A stretch of DNA of 41,987 nucleotides, taken from Alphaproteobacteria bacterium. Its GTDB lineage: Bacteria; Pseudomonadota; Alphaproteobacteria; JAEULF01. This document shows, one piece after another, positions 17,167 to 26,433 of the stretch. The first letter of the stretch is position 1. Every line of letters begins with the position of its first letter. The stretch lies in assembly GCA_016793965.1 (NCBI GenBank), contig JAEULF010000187.1:1-41987 (forward strand), read 5' to 3'. The position numbers and the translations under genes are program-made. The notes under the pieces were generated by a model. The model was not told the origin of the DNA. It saw only the letters and a program-made list of their open reading frames with translations, and did not search any database.

Positions 17167-17628
17167 GGACTCACCCGATTGGCGCGCTCGGCACGCAGAT
17201 GCGACGACCGCCCGTTCGCTTCGGCACCCAATGGGCGCGGTAGTTGCCGGCTGAGCGCTGGAACCACAGCCCGGAGGTTGACGGTGCGGCCTGTCGCCTT
17301 CCGCACTGTGTCGGTGCGAACGCTGGACCTTCTGGATTTGCTCAATGGGATATGACCTCCCGCGCCATTCCGGCAGAGTTGCTTTCGACCATGTCGCCAG
17401 AATGTCGGAGGTGTAAAATAGTGTGTCCGCGTGCCGCCCGGCGCTGCCGAACCGGGAGGAGTCATCGGCCAGCCAGGCTTGATCGCACGCAGGGCTGATG
17501 CCGCCGGATCAGCGTAGGTCAAGGCGCACGCCGCCGCGCTCATCCCTGTGCGGAGCCCGCTCTGGCTTGAACACGGACATGCGATCCAGCATGTTGCGCA
17601 ACGTTATTCCGTTTCCTAGGGCACCAGC

Positions 17629-17958
17629 ATGGCTCGATCGACTCCCGACACCCTCCTCACGGCCGAAGAACGCGCGTCCGAGCTCGCGGACCTTTTCCGC
17701 CTGCTCGGCGATGCCAGTCGGCTTCGCATCGTGCTGGCCTGCCTCGACGGGCCGATCTCGGTGACAGAGATCGCCGAAAGGCTCGGGTTGAGCGCTTCGT
17801 TGGTTTCGCATCACCTGCGCCTGTTGCGGGCCGCGCGCATCGTCAGGTCGCAACGCAGCGGCAAGAGCATCCTCTACGAGGGTGCCGACGATCACGTTCG
17901 TTGCGTGATCGCGGACATGGCGGAGCACATGCGCGAGCCGGCTGACGACGAGGTCTGA
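17629..17958 (+). CDS. ArsR/SmtB-family metal-responsive transcriptional repressor
   Basis: 109 aa with LFRLLGDASRLRIVLACL...ISVTEIAERLGLSASLVSHHLRLLRAARIV (winged HTH with alpha-3 Cys and alpha-5 His/Asp region). Confidence 0.9.
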   Translation: MARSTPDTLLTAEERASELADLFRLLGDASRLRIVLACLDGPISVTEIAERLGLSASLVSHHLRLLRAARIVRSQRSGKSILYEGADDHVRCVIADMAEHMREPADDEV

Positions 17959-18189
17959 ACGCGGTTGTCCTGCAAGAGCTCATCGATTCGATCAGCGCTA
18001 CGCAACGAGCGCTGTTCGACACCGAGGTTCGGCCTCCGGGCCGGGCAACCGCCCGCCTGCACTCGCTACAACATATGTACAGCCTTTCAAATATTGCATA
18101 GCATGCAGGCCTTCCGTCGACGGCCGTGATCGCGACTGCCCAATGCGGCTGCCGACCAACCTCGATGAACCGACGTTGCGGCGGAGGCC

Positions 18190-18744
18190 ATGCGCTCGAG
18201 CATCGAAGCCCTGGCATCGCTTCTCGACGGCGCGGTGCGGCGCATCGGCGTCGCCTTCGCGATCGTCCTGTTGCCAATCTTGATCGCGGTCACCGTCTTC
18301 GACGTCGTCGGCCGGCAATTCGGCAATGTCGGGTCGAGCCGCCTGCAGGAACTCGAATGGTACCTGTTCTTCGGCCTCATCTTCATGACCTTCGGCTGGA
18401 CCTATGTCGGCGACGGTCATGTGCGCATCGACATACTGCGCGCGCGCCTGTCGCCGCGCGCCCAGGCTTGGACCGAGGCGCTGGGCTGCGCCGTGCTGCT
18501 CGTGCCGGCATGCGCCATGATCGTCGTCTACGGCGCCGAATCTGCGATCCTCTCATTCGAGCAGGGCGAACGCTCGCGGGCCGCGCTCGGCCTGCCGTAC
18601 CGATGGATCGTCAAGTCCCTAGTCCCGGCCGGCATGGGCCTTCTCTTGCTAGCGGGGCTTGCGGCCTTCCTGCGCGCCTTGCTTGAGCTGTCGCGCCCAG
18701 CGGCAAAGCGCGACGCGAGGCCGGCTGGGCCGAAGTTGGGATGA
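18190..18744 (+). CDS. dctQ: TRAP transporter small permease (DctQ family)
   Basis: 184 aa, four TM segments, and the conserved pattern LEWYLFFGLIFMTFGWTY...HVRIDIL. Confidence 0.8.
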   Translation: MRSSIEALASLLDGAVRRIGVAFAIVLLPILIAVTVFDVVGRQFGNVGSSRLQELEWYLFFGLIFMTFGWTYVGDGHVRIDILRARLSPRAQAWTEALGCAVLLVPACAMIVVYGAESAILSFEQGERSRAALGLPYRWIVKSLVPAGMGLLLLAGLAAFLRALLELSRPAAKRDARPAGPKLG

Positions 18745-20123
18745 GCGCCGCCGTGGACGTCGTCAGCTTGCTGCCGATCGCGATGCTGGTCGCCCTCGTC
18801 GCGCTGCTCTTCAGCGGCTTCCCGGTAGCGTTCGTGCTGATCGGCGTCGGATCGAGCTTCGCGTTCCTCGGCATCGCGCTCTCGGCTTTCAGTCCGGCGC
18901 AGTTCGCGATCTTCCCGCTGCGGATCATCGGCACGGTGGCGGAGAACAACATCTTTGCTGCAGTTCCCATGCTCGTGTTCATGGGCGTCGGGCTTGAGCG
19001 CAGCGGCATCGGCCAGGAGATGTTCGCCTGCATGCGCATCCTGCTGCGCAGGGTCCCCGGCGGCCTGCTGGTCTCCGTCGTGCTGGTCGGCTTGGTGTTC
19101 GCGCCGACGACCGGCATGGTCGGCGCTTCGGTCGGCCTCCTGACGGCGCTCGCCCTGCCGATCATGCTGGCTGAGCGGTACGATCCGGCACTCGCTGCCG
19201 GGACGGTCGCCGCATCGGGCACGATCGGCATCGTGATGCCACCGGCCGTGATGCTCTTCTTCCTGGCAGACTTGTTCGGCGCAAACGTGGCCGCGATCTT
19301 CCTCGGCGCTCTCGTCCCCGTCGGGCTGCTGTCGGTCCTGTTCGTCGCGTATGTTGCGGCACGAGCCGTGCTGGACCCGGTCGGGGTGCCGCGGCCCAAG
19401 GCCGATGGCACGACGCTCAGCTGGTCGGAGCTCGCCGCGCTGTCGGCGCGCAGCCTCGTCCTGCCGGGCCTGGTGCTGGCGCTCCTGTTCGCCTCGATCA
19501 TCGCGGGCTGGGCCACGCCGGTGGAATCGTCGAGCGTCGCCGCAGCAGCCACAGTCCTGGTGATGGCCCTCAACCGCTCCCTGTCGGTGGCCGCCGTCAA
19601 GGACGTCATCTTGAAGACGGCCCGCATCACGGCGATGGTCTTCGCCATCGTGGTCGGCGCCACCGTGTTCTCGTTCTGCTTCCGTCTGTACGGCGGGGAC
19701 GACCTCATCGTCGCGTTGCTGCGCGACCTCGGCGTCGGCGACCTGGCGCTGCTGGCCGCCGTGATGGCCGTCGTCTTCTTCCTCGGCTTCTTCCTCGATT
19801 GGATCGAGATCGTCTTCGTGAGCTTGCCCATCATGATGCCGGTTCTCGGCAAGCTCGATCTTTCCGCCTATGTCGCCCAACCAGGCTTCGCCACCACCTG
19901 GATAGCCATCCTGCTCGCATTGAACCTGCAGACGTCGTTCCTGACCCCGCCATTCGGCTTCGCGCTGTTCTTCGTCAAGGGCTCGGCACCCTCCAGCCTG
20001 GGGATGGGAGAGATCTATCGCGGCGTCCTGCCGTTCATCGCGATCGAGCTGCTGGTGATCGGGGCCGTCGCCCTCTTCCCGGCGCTCGTCACCTGGCTGC
20101 CCGCTCGCTATGTCCAACTCTGA
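18741..20123 (+). CDS. dctM: TRAP transporter large permease (DctM family)
   Basis: 460-aa polytopic protein. Its start overlaps the dctQ stop. DctM-like segments GIVMPPAVMLFF and PPFGFALFFVKG. Confidence 0.85.
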   Translation: MSAAVDVVSLLPIAMLVALVALLFSGFPVAFVLIGVGSSFAFLGIALSAFSPAQFAIFPLRIIGTVAENNIFAAVPMLVFMGVGLERSGIGQEMFACMRILLRRVPGGLLVSVVLVGLVFAPTTGMVGASVGLLTALALPIMLAERYDPALAAGTVAASGTIGIVMPPAVMLFFLADLFGANVAAIFLGALVPVGLLSVLFVAYVAARAVLDPVGVPRPKADGTTLSWSELAALSARSLVLPGLVLALLFASIIAGWATPVESSSVAAAATVLVMALNRSLSVAAVKDVILKTARITAMVFAIVVGATVFSFCFRLYGGDDLIVALLRDLGVGDLALLAAVMAVVFFLGFFLDWIEIVFVSLPIMMPVLGKLDLSAYVAQPGFATTWIAILLALNLQTSFLTPPFGFALFFVKGSAPSSLGMGEIYRGVLPFIAIELLVIGAVALFPALVTWLPARYVQL

Positions 20124-20209
20124 CTCCTTCGCACCGCGCAGCGTGGAATCGGCCGGGGACCGGAGGGCAACCTAAGCGCCGTCCGCGGCCACGCCGCCGG
20201 GGTCGTTGC

Positions 20210-20241
20210 AGTAACACTTGAACACCCATTCAATCGTTACT
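20210..20241. promoter_or_regulatory. 15-2-15 imperfect inverted repeat, candidate ArsR/SmtB operator upstream of the Zn/Cd/Pb ATPase
   Basis: AGTAACACTTGAACA-CC-CATTCAATCGTTACT, with 11/15 arm complementarity. The core TTGAACA..ATTCAA resembles the 12-2-12 TGAACA-type SmtB/CzrA/CadC operators. It lies 33 bp upstream of the ATG at 20274. Confidence 0.5.
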
Positions 20242-20273
20242 AGATTGCTGGTCACACAAGAACGGAGCGTCCC

Positions 20274-22700
20274 ATGGCCGTGCTCGCCATCTCGGACATT
20301 CTGCCGTCGGCAATCGACTGCGGCGCATGCCGCGAGCGACTTTCCGACGGTGCTCGGGGCCTCATCGGATCGGCAGACCTCGATCGCGGGCGCCTCGATG
20401 TGGCGGACGACGCCGACACGATCGCCGCCTTGCGCCGGCTGGGAGCGCAAATCGAGTCGGATTTCGAGCATGTTGCTTGGACCGTCGAGGGCATGGACTG
20501 CACCTCCTGCGCGCAGAAGATCGAGCGAGCCGTCGGCAAGGTCGATGGCGTCACCGCGGCGAACGTCGCATTCGCTGCGCAGCGGCTGACCGTCGAGTTC
20601 CCGGCCGGTCGAGCATTGCCCGAACTGGCGGAGCGCGTCGTCGTCGGACTCGGCTATCGCCTTACGCGACGCGCTGTCGGCTCGTCGCCGGCCGGCGACG
20701 TTTCGCCGCAACCCGACGGCGCCGATGAAGCCGGCCATGTCGCCGCAGCGGCGCGCGCGCTGCCGCGTAGCCGGGACCCGGTCGAAGCCCTCCCCGCGGA
20801 GCCGGCAGCGAGAGCCCGAGATCCGATCTCGCTCGCCGCATCGGTCTTCCGCGACCGCCGTTCGGCAGCGACGGTCGCTGCCGGCATCCTCCTGGTCGCC
20901 GCCTGGAGCATGGACCTGGCCGGCCTCGACGCCGCGTCGTGGCTCTACTCCGCCGCGGCTGCGATCGCCGTCGTGCCCATCGCGCACAAGGCCTGGCGAG
21001 CCGCACGCCTGGGCTCGCCTTTCTCCATCGAGCTTCTGGTGACGATCGCCGCGGCCGGCGCGGTAGCGATCGATGCTCTTGCCGAGGCGGCGCTCGTCGC
21101 ATTCCTGTTCAACATCGGCGAGATGCTGGAGGGCGTCGCGGCCGCCAAGGCGCGATCCAGCATCCGGGCGCTTGCCGATCTCGTGCCCAGCACCGCACTG
21201 CTCGTCGAAGGCGCGGACGTCCGCGAGGTCGCTGCGGCCTCCCTGGCGCCCGGGGACGTGATCGAGGTGCGGCCGGGCGGCCGCATTCCCGCGGACGGCG
21301 CCGTCATTGCCGGCGCGGCCGCCGTGGACATGTCCCCGGTCACCGGTGAGTCCGTCCCCGTCACCGTCGACGTCGGGCAGAACGTGTTGGCGGGCACCGT
21401 CAGCACCGATGGCGCCTTGCGCATCCGAGTCGAGCGCCCGGCCAGCGACAACACGATCGCCCGGATCATCCGCTTGGTCGAGGAAGCAGAGAGCGCCAGG
21501 GCACCCACGGCGCGGTTCATCGATCGGTTCAGCCGATGGTACACCCCCGCCGTCATTCTCCTCAGCGCGATCGTGACCGTTGCGCCACCCCTGCTTCTCG
21601 CAGCGGACTGGTCGACCTGGATCTATCGCGGCCTGGCCATGCTCCTGATTGCCTGCCCCTGCGCGCTGGTCATCTCCGTACCGGCTTCGATAACCGCAGC
21701 CTTGGCTTCCGGGGCGCGCCGCGGCCTGCTGTTCAAGGGCGGCGCTGCGCTGGAAGCGATCGGAAAGGTCAGGTCCGTCGCATTCGACAAGACAGGCACG
21801 CTGACGACCGGCAAGCCGACAGTCGCGCGGGTCGAGGCCATCGGCACCGATGTCGAGCGGATGCTGAGCGTCGCCGCCGCGGTCGAATCGGGCTCCGACC
21901 ATCCGCTTGCGACGGCGATCCGGAACGCAGCCGCGGAACGAGGCGTCAACGCCGTGGCGGCAACCGATCACCGGGCCATTCCCGGCATGGCTGCGACGGC
22001 CGTGATCGCCGGGGAAACGGCGGCGGTCGGTTCGCCGCGCTATCTCTTGCAACTGGGCCTGGTCGATGCACTCGCGCGCACGCATCTCGATCGCGCGCGT
22101 GCCCAGGGCCAGACCATCGTCGGGGTCACGCTCGGTGCCGAGCTGCTCGGCGTGATCGCCTTTGCAGACGAGTTGCGCCCGGACGCACGCGCGGCGGTTT
22201 CGGACCTGAAGGCGCTCGGACTGCGCCCGGTCATTCTCACCGGTGACAGCACAGCAGCGGCAGCCCGAATCGCGGATGCGCTGCGCATCGAAGCGAGGGC
22301 CGAGCTGCTCCCCGCCGCAAAACTGGATCACGTCGCGTCGATGCGCTCCAGCGGAGGCGTTGCGATGGTCGGCGACGGCATCAACGACGCGCCGGCGCTC
22401 GCGCGGGCGGATGTGGGGATCGCCATGGGGCGCGGGACGGACATCGCGCTGGAAACCGCCGACGCTGCCCTGCTGCGTGATCGCCTGACCGGCGTCGCGG
22501 AGATGGTGCGCCTGTCCCGCGCCGCGCTCGCCAACGTCCGTCAGAACGTAGCATTGGCGATCGGGCTAAAGGGCGCCTTCCTGCTGACGACCGCCTTCGG
22601 CGTGACCGGCCTTTGGTTGGCTATCCTGGCTGATACCGGCGCGACGGTGATCGTCACGCTCAACGCGCTGCGCCTGCTTCGCTTCTCCGCGAAGCAGTAG
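20274..22700 (+). CDS. zntA: Zn(II)/Cd(II)/Pb(II)-translocating P1B-2-type ATPase
   Basis: 808 aa. HMA domain GMDCTSC; TGES; CPC-x4-S-x-P (ACPCALVISVP); DKTGT; N-x7-K (NVALAIGLK); D-x-G (LADTG); GDGINDAP. Confidence 0.92.
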   Translation: MAVLAISDILPSAIDCGACRERLSDGARGLIGSADLDRGRLDVADDADTIAALRRLGAQIESDFEHVAWTVEGMDCTSCAQKIERAVGKVDGVTAANVAFAAQRLTVEFPAGRALPELAERVVVGLGYRLTRRAVGSSPAGDVSPQPDGADEAGHVAAAARALPRSRDPVEALPAEPAARARDPISLAASVFRDRRSAATVAAGILLVAAWSMDLAGLDAASWLYSAAAAIAVVPIAHKAWRAARLGSPFSIELLVTIAAAGAVAIDALAEAALVAFLFNIGEMLEGVAAAKARSSIRALADLVPSTALLVEGADVREVAAASLAPGDVIEVRPGGRIPADGAVIAGAAAVDMSPVTGESVPVTVDVGQNVLAGTVSTDGALRIRVERPASDNTIARIIRLVEEAESARAPTARFIDRFSRWYTPAVILLSAIVTVAPPLLLAADWSTWIYRGLAMLLIACPCALVISVPASITAALASGARRGLLFKGGAALEAIGKVRSVAFDKTGTLTTGKPTVARVEAIGTDVERMLSVAAAVESGSDHPLATAIRNAAAERGVNAVAATDHRAIPGMAATAVIAGETAAVGSPRYLLQLGLVDALARTHLDRARAQGQTIVGVTLGAELLGVIAFADELRPDARAAVSDLKALGLRPVILTGDSTAAAARIADALRIEARAELLPAAKLDHVASMRSSGGVAMVGDGINDAPALARADVGIAMGRGTDIALETADAALLRDRLTGVAEMVRLSRAALANVRQNVALAIGLKGAFLLTTAFGVTGLWLAILADTGATVIVTLNALRLLRFSAKQ

Positions 22701-22706
22701 ACCGCG

Positions 22707-23273
22707 ATGCGCGCGTCCTTCCTCGGCATGGCGATCGCCGCCGCGATTCTGGCAGCGGACCAGGTGACCAAGCTCGCCATGATCGAATGGCTCGCGGACC
22801 ACGGTCGCTCGGTTGAGGTGCTGGGCTTCCTCAACCTGCGGCTCGGCTACAACAAGGGCATCAGCTTCGGCTTGCTGAGGGACCTCCTGGGCGAGCGGCC
22901 ATGGCTCGTGATCGTCATCAATGCGGCGATCGTCTCGGTTCTCCTTGCCTGGATGCTGCGCGCGGAACGCCGCAGCGAAGTGGCGGCCCTGGGATCGATC
23001 GTCGGCGGGGCGCTCGGCAACGTGACCGATCGGGTGCGCCAGGGGTCGGTGACTGACTTCATCGACCTGCACGCCTATGGCTGGCACTGGCCGAGCTTCA
23101 ACCTCGCCGATAGCGCGATCGTCGTCGGCGCGTTCGGCCTGGTCATCTCGTCCTTGATGGCCGGCAGCGCGCCGGACGCTACTGGCAGTCCGGATCGCAG
23201 CAACCGACGGAATCGCGGCAACGCGGGCTCCCTAGGCTCGGAATCGACCAAGACCCTTGAGGCAGATCGATGA
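22707..23273 (+). CDS. lspA: Lipoprotein signal peptidase II
   Basis: 188 aa. Four TM segments and conserved catalytic-Asp motifs (GNVTDR, VTDFIDL, FNLADSAI). Confidence 0.88.
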   Translation: MRASFLGMAIAAAILAADQVTKLAMIEWLADHGRSVEVLGFLNLRLGYNKGISFGLLRDLLGERPWLVIVINAAIVSVLLAWMLRAERRSEVAALGSIVGGALGNVTDRVRQGSVTDFIDLHAYGWHWPSFNLADSAIVVGAFGLVISSLMAGSAPDATGSPDRSNRRNRGNAGSLGSESTKTLEADR

Positions 23274-23881
23274 CCATCATCGCGCGGCGACGCCTGCTTG
23301 CCCTGTCCGCCTTCGCGCTGACAACGGCCTACCCGTTCCTTGCACGAAGCCAGGCGCCCCAGGCGTTCGAGATCGGCATCGGCAGCGCAAGCGCTCCGCT
23401 TACCGTGGTCAAGTACCATTCCCTGTCGTGCGGCGTATGCCAACGCTTCGCCGTCGAGGTGATGCCCCGAATCAAGGCTGACTACGTCGAGAAGGGCCTG
23501 CTGCGCTTCGTCTACAGGGATTTCCCGCTGGACCGCGTGGCGCTCGATGCACACGCCCTCGCCCGATGCGCGGGACCGGAGCGGGCGGCGGCGTTCATAG
23601 CGGTGCTCTACCGCGAGAAGGAATCTTGGGCGCACGCAAGCGACCCACTGCCTGTCCTGGAGAGCGTCGGGCTCGTCGGCGGTGTGTCGAGGCAGATGTT
23701 CGCCAAGTGCCGCTCCGACGAGACGCTCGTCAATGCGATCCTGCAGCAGCGCCTCGACGCGGCGCGCGTTCATAGCGTCGACAGCACCCCCACCTTCGTC
23801 ATCGGCGACAAGGTCCACGTGGGCTTCTTGTCCTACGAAGAGTTCGCCAAGGCCGTCGATGCGAAGCTCCCTCGCCGCTAG
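23270..23881 (+). CDS. DsbA-family thiol:disulfide oxidoreductase (thioredoxin fold)
   Basis: 203 aa. Tat/Sec-like signal, active site CGVC (HSLSCGVCQRF), and the C-terminal TPTFVIG motif. Confidence 0.8.
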   Translation: MTIIARRRLLALSAFALTTAYPFLARSQAPQAFEIGIGSASAPLTVVKYHSLSCGVCQRFAVEVMPRIKADYVEKGLLRFVYRDFPLDRVALDAHALARCAGPERAAAFIAVLYREKESWAHASDPLPVLESVGLVGGVSRQMFAKCRSDETLVNAILQQRLDAARVHSVDSTPTFVIGDKVHVGFLSYEEFAKAVDAKLPRR

Positions 23882-23955
23882 CGGGCGAGTGGACGCGCCG
23901 AAGCAGGGCCCGAACCGGGCGCGCCGCTAGGACGTGATCTCAGACGAGAGACAGC

Positions 23956-24564
23956 ATGCTGCTGAGGACGATCCGCCATGTCGCTTGGGCATTCGCCGCG
24001 ATCGGGACGCTTTGGCTTGCTCTCGCCTTCGTCTATCGCGCGCAGGTCCCCTCGCAACAGACGATCCCGGCCAACCTTGGGCGCATCGGCGGTCCCTTCG
24101 TGATGATCGACCACCGCGGCCGCGCCTTCACCGATCGCGATCTCGCCGGCCGCCCCGCGATGCTCTTCTTCGGCTTCACGCACTGTCCCGACGTCTGCCC
24201 GAGCGCGCTGGCGTCCATGACCGAGCAGCTTGCGGCGCTCGGCGAGCGCGGGAACGAGATCCTCCCCGTCTTCGTCAGCGTCGACCCGGAGCGCGACACG
24301 CCTGAGCTGCTGCGGGACTACCTCGCGGGCTTCGATCCGCGGATCGTCGGCCTGACCGGCTCGTCGCAGCAGGTCGCGGACATGGCACGCGCTTACAAGG
24401 CCTACTATCGGAAGGTGCAGCTGAAGGACGGCCACTACGTCATGGACCATACTGCCGGAGTCCTGCTGGTCGATCGTCGCGGCAATTTCAGAGGCACGCT
24501 CGACCCTCACGAGCCGCTTGCTACGCGAATCGAGAAGCTGAGGGCGCTCGCAGGTACCGGGTGA
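23956..24564 (+). CDS. SCO1/SenC-family copper chaperone
   Basis: 202 aa. N-terminal TM anchor, the CxxxC motif FGFTHCPDVCP and a downstream conserved His (VMDHTAG). Confidence 0.88.
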   Translation: MLLRTIRHVAWAFAAIGTLWLALAFVYRAQVPSQQTIPANLGRIGGPFVMIDHRGRAFTDRDLAGRPAMLFFGFTHCPDVCPSALASMTEQLAALGERGNEILPVFVSVDPERDTPELLRDYLAGFDPRIVGLTGSSQQVADMARAYKAYYRKVQLKDGHYVMDHTAGVLLVDRRGNFRGTLDPHEPLATRIEKLRALAGTG

Positions 24565-24588
24565 GCACCGCGCGAACGGGAGGGATTC

Positions 24589-26034
24589 ATGGCCAGCTCG
24601 CTGCGGCCCGAAGGGCCAGAGCCAATCGCTAGGCGCCGCCTCCTGATCGGCGGCGCAGGGTTGGCGCTTGCCGCCGCTGCATCGCCCGTCGGGGTCGCGG
24701 CTCAAGGCTCGGCGCGCGCACTGAAAGCCGCGGTCGGCCGGGTCCCGATGGTAGGCGACGGCCGACCTGAGACTGCTGTCTGGTGCTACGACGGCGCCGT
24801 GCCGGGACCGGAGCTTCGCTTCAAGCAGGGAGACCGGGTCAGGATCGAGGTCGAGAACGACCTCGATGACGACACGACCGTGCATTGGCACGGCCTTCGC
24901 GTCCCGAACGCGATGGACGGCGTGCCCCACTTGACGCAGCTGCCGATCCGGCCGGGCGGGCGCTTCGTCTACGAGTTCGATGCGCTCGATGCCGGGACCT
25001 TCTGGTACCACCCGCATCATCGAAGCTTCGCGCAGATCGGCCGGGGGCTGGCGGGCGCCTTGGTGGTCGAGGAGCGCATGGCGCCGCCGGTCGACCGCGA
25101 CGTGACCTGGGTGCTGTCGGACTGGCGTCTCGGGCCGGATGCGCAGCATGTCGAGGATTTCGGGGACATGCACGATGTCAGCCATGCCGGCCGCCTCGGC
25201 AACACGGTGACGGTCAACGGCCGGGTGTCCGAGGAGTTTGCGGTCCGCGCCGGCGAGCGGCTCCGGCTGCGGCTCGTGAACGCAGCCAATGCGCGCATCT
25301 TCGGGCTGCGCTTCGGCGGGCATGCGCCGCACGTTGTCGCGATCGACGGCCAGCCGGTCGAGCCTCATCGCCCCGACGGAGGCGTCATCGTCGTCGCTCC
25401 CGGCATGCGGACGGACCTGATCGTCGACCTGGGAGGGAATCCGGGGACGCGGCATCCTGTCCTCGATGCGTTCGACAGGAGGCGCGACCCGTATCGCGTG
25501 GTCGATCTCGCCTACTCGCACGACCTGTCTTTGCGCGACCGACCGCCGGGCCCGGTCGCGCCTTTGCCGGCCAACCCTCTGGCGGAGCCGACTCTAGCCG
25601 GCGCCGAGCGGCATGAGATCGTCCTCGGGGGAGGCATGATGGGCCGCCGAAACCATGGGATGGTGCGCGGCCAGCGCATGGACATGCGCCAGATGATGCA
25701 CAACGGCTTGGCCTGGACGATCAACGGCGTCGCTGCTGTCGGGCACATGCACGAGCCGATGCTTTCGCTCCGGCTCGGCCAAGCGTACGTGCTGGCGATG
25801 CGCAACGACACCGCCTGGCATCACCCCATGCACCTGCACGGCCACGCCTTCCGGGTTCTCGCTCGCAACGGCAAGGCTGCACCGCGGCGCGAATGGCAGG
25901 ACACAGTCCTCATCGGACCCGGGGAGACCGCCGACGTGGCTTTCGTCGCCGACAACCCGGGGAACTGGATGTTCCACTGCCATATCCTCGAGCATCAGCT
26001 CGGCGGCATGATGGGCGTCGTGCGGGTCGCCTGA
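24589..26034 (+). CDS. Multicopper oxidase (second copy, distinct lineage), Tat-exported
   Basis: 481 aa. RRRLLIGGAGLALAAAA signal. Motifs VHWHGL, WYHPHH, HPMHLHGH and HCHILEHQLGGMM. Confidence 0.9.
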   Translation: MASSLRPEGPEPIARRRLLIGGAGLALAAAASPVGVAAQGSARALKAAVGRVPMVGDGRPETAVWCYDGAVPGPELRFKQGDRVRIEVENDLDDDTTVHWHGLRVPNAMDGVPHLTQLPIRPGGRFVYEFDALDAGTFWYHPHHRSFAQIGRGLAGALVVEERMAPPVDRDVTWVLSDWRLGPDAQHVEDFGDMHDVSHAGRLGNTVTVNGRVSEEFAVRAGERLRLRLVNAANARIFGLRFGGHAPHVVAIDGQPVEPHRPDGGVIVVAPGMRTDLIVDLGGNPGTRHPVLDAFDRRRDPYRVVDLAYSHDLSLRDRPPGPVAPLPANPLAEPTLAGAERHEIVLGGGMMGRRNHGMVRGQRMDMRQMMHNGLAWTINGVAAVGHMHEPMLSLRLGQAYVLAMRNDTAWHHPMHLHGHAFRVLARNGKAAPRREWQDTVLIGPGETADVAFVADNPGNWMFHCHILEHQLGGMMGVVRVA

Positions 26035-26044
26035 GGAGGCCGCA

Positions 26045-26404
26045 ATGGACAGGTCCAAGCGCACCGAGTTGCCGCTCGGCGCCGATGCCGCCGAGTGTCT
26101 CCCGATCCTGGCCCGATCGATGCGCGGATCGATCGCCAGAGCGACGCGCGCCGCGTCGGACGCTTGGCGCATCGCCACCTACCTTCTTGTAGCGCTGGCC
26201 GTGGTCGCCGGGCATCGAGCGATGGCGCCGATTGAGCATGGGAGCTGGGAAGCGGTCACGGCCGCCGGCCTATCGGCGACGCTGCTTGTCGCGGCCGGCG
26301 TTGCCTCGGGACTGATCTTGAGGAGGCGCTTCCTTGCGGGCAGGCTGAGCCGGATCGAGGGAGACCACGCGGACATCGTCAGCCAGCTTCGCGACCAAGC
26401 GTGA
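26045..26404 (+). CDS. Hypothetical small membrane protein (two TM segments)
   Basis: 119-aa ORF with a strong SD (GAGGAGG) 5 nt upstream and high GC3. It lies immediately downstream of the oxidase. Confidence 0.5.
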   Translation: MDRSKRTELPLGADAAECLPILARSMRGSIARATRAASDAWRIATYLLVALAVVAGHRAMAPIEHGSWEAVTAAGLSATLLVAAGVASGLILRRRFLAGRLSRIEGDHADIVSQLRDQA

Positions 26405-26433
26405 GACCCGGCCGCCGGCCGGCGCTTCACGAC

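Noticed and set aside
18528-22331. Long antisense ORFs over dctM (18528..20117 -, 529 aa; 18611..19852 -) and over zntA (20172..22331 -, 719 aa).
   Set aside because: The same shadow-ORF artefact applies. They have charged, low-complexity composition, and the sense frames have unambiguous family motifs.
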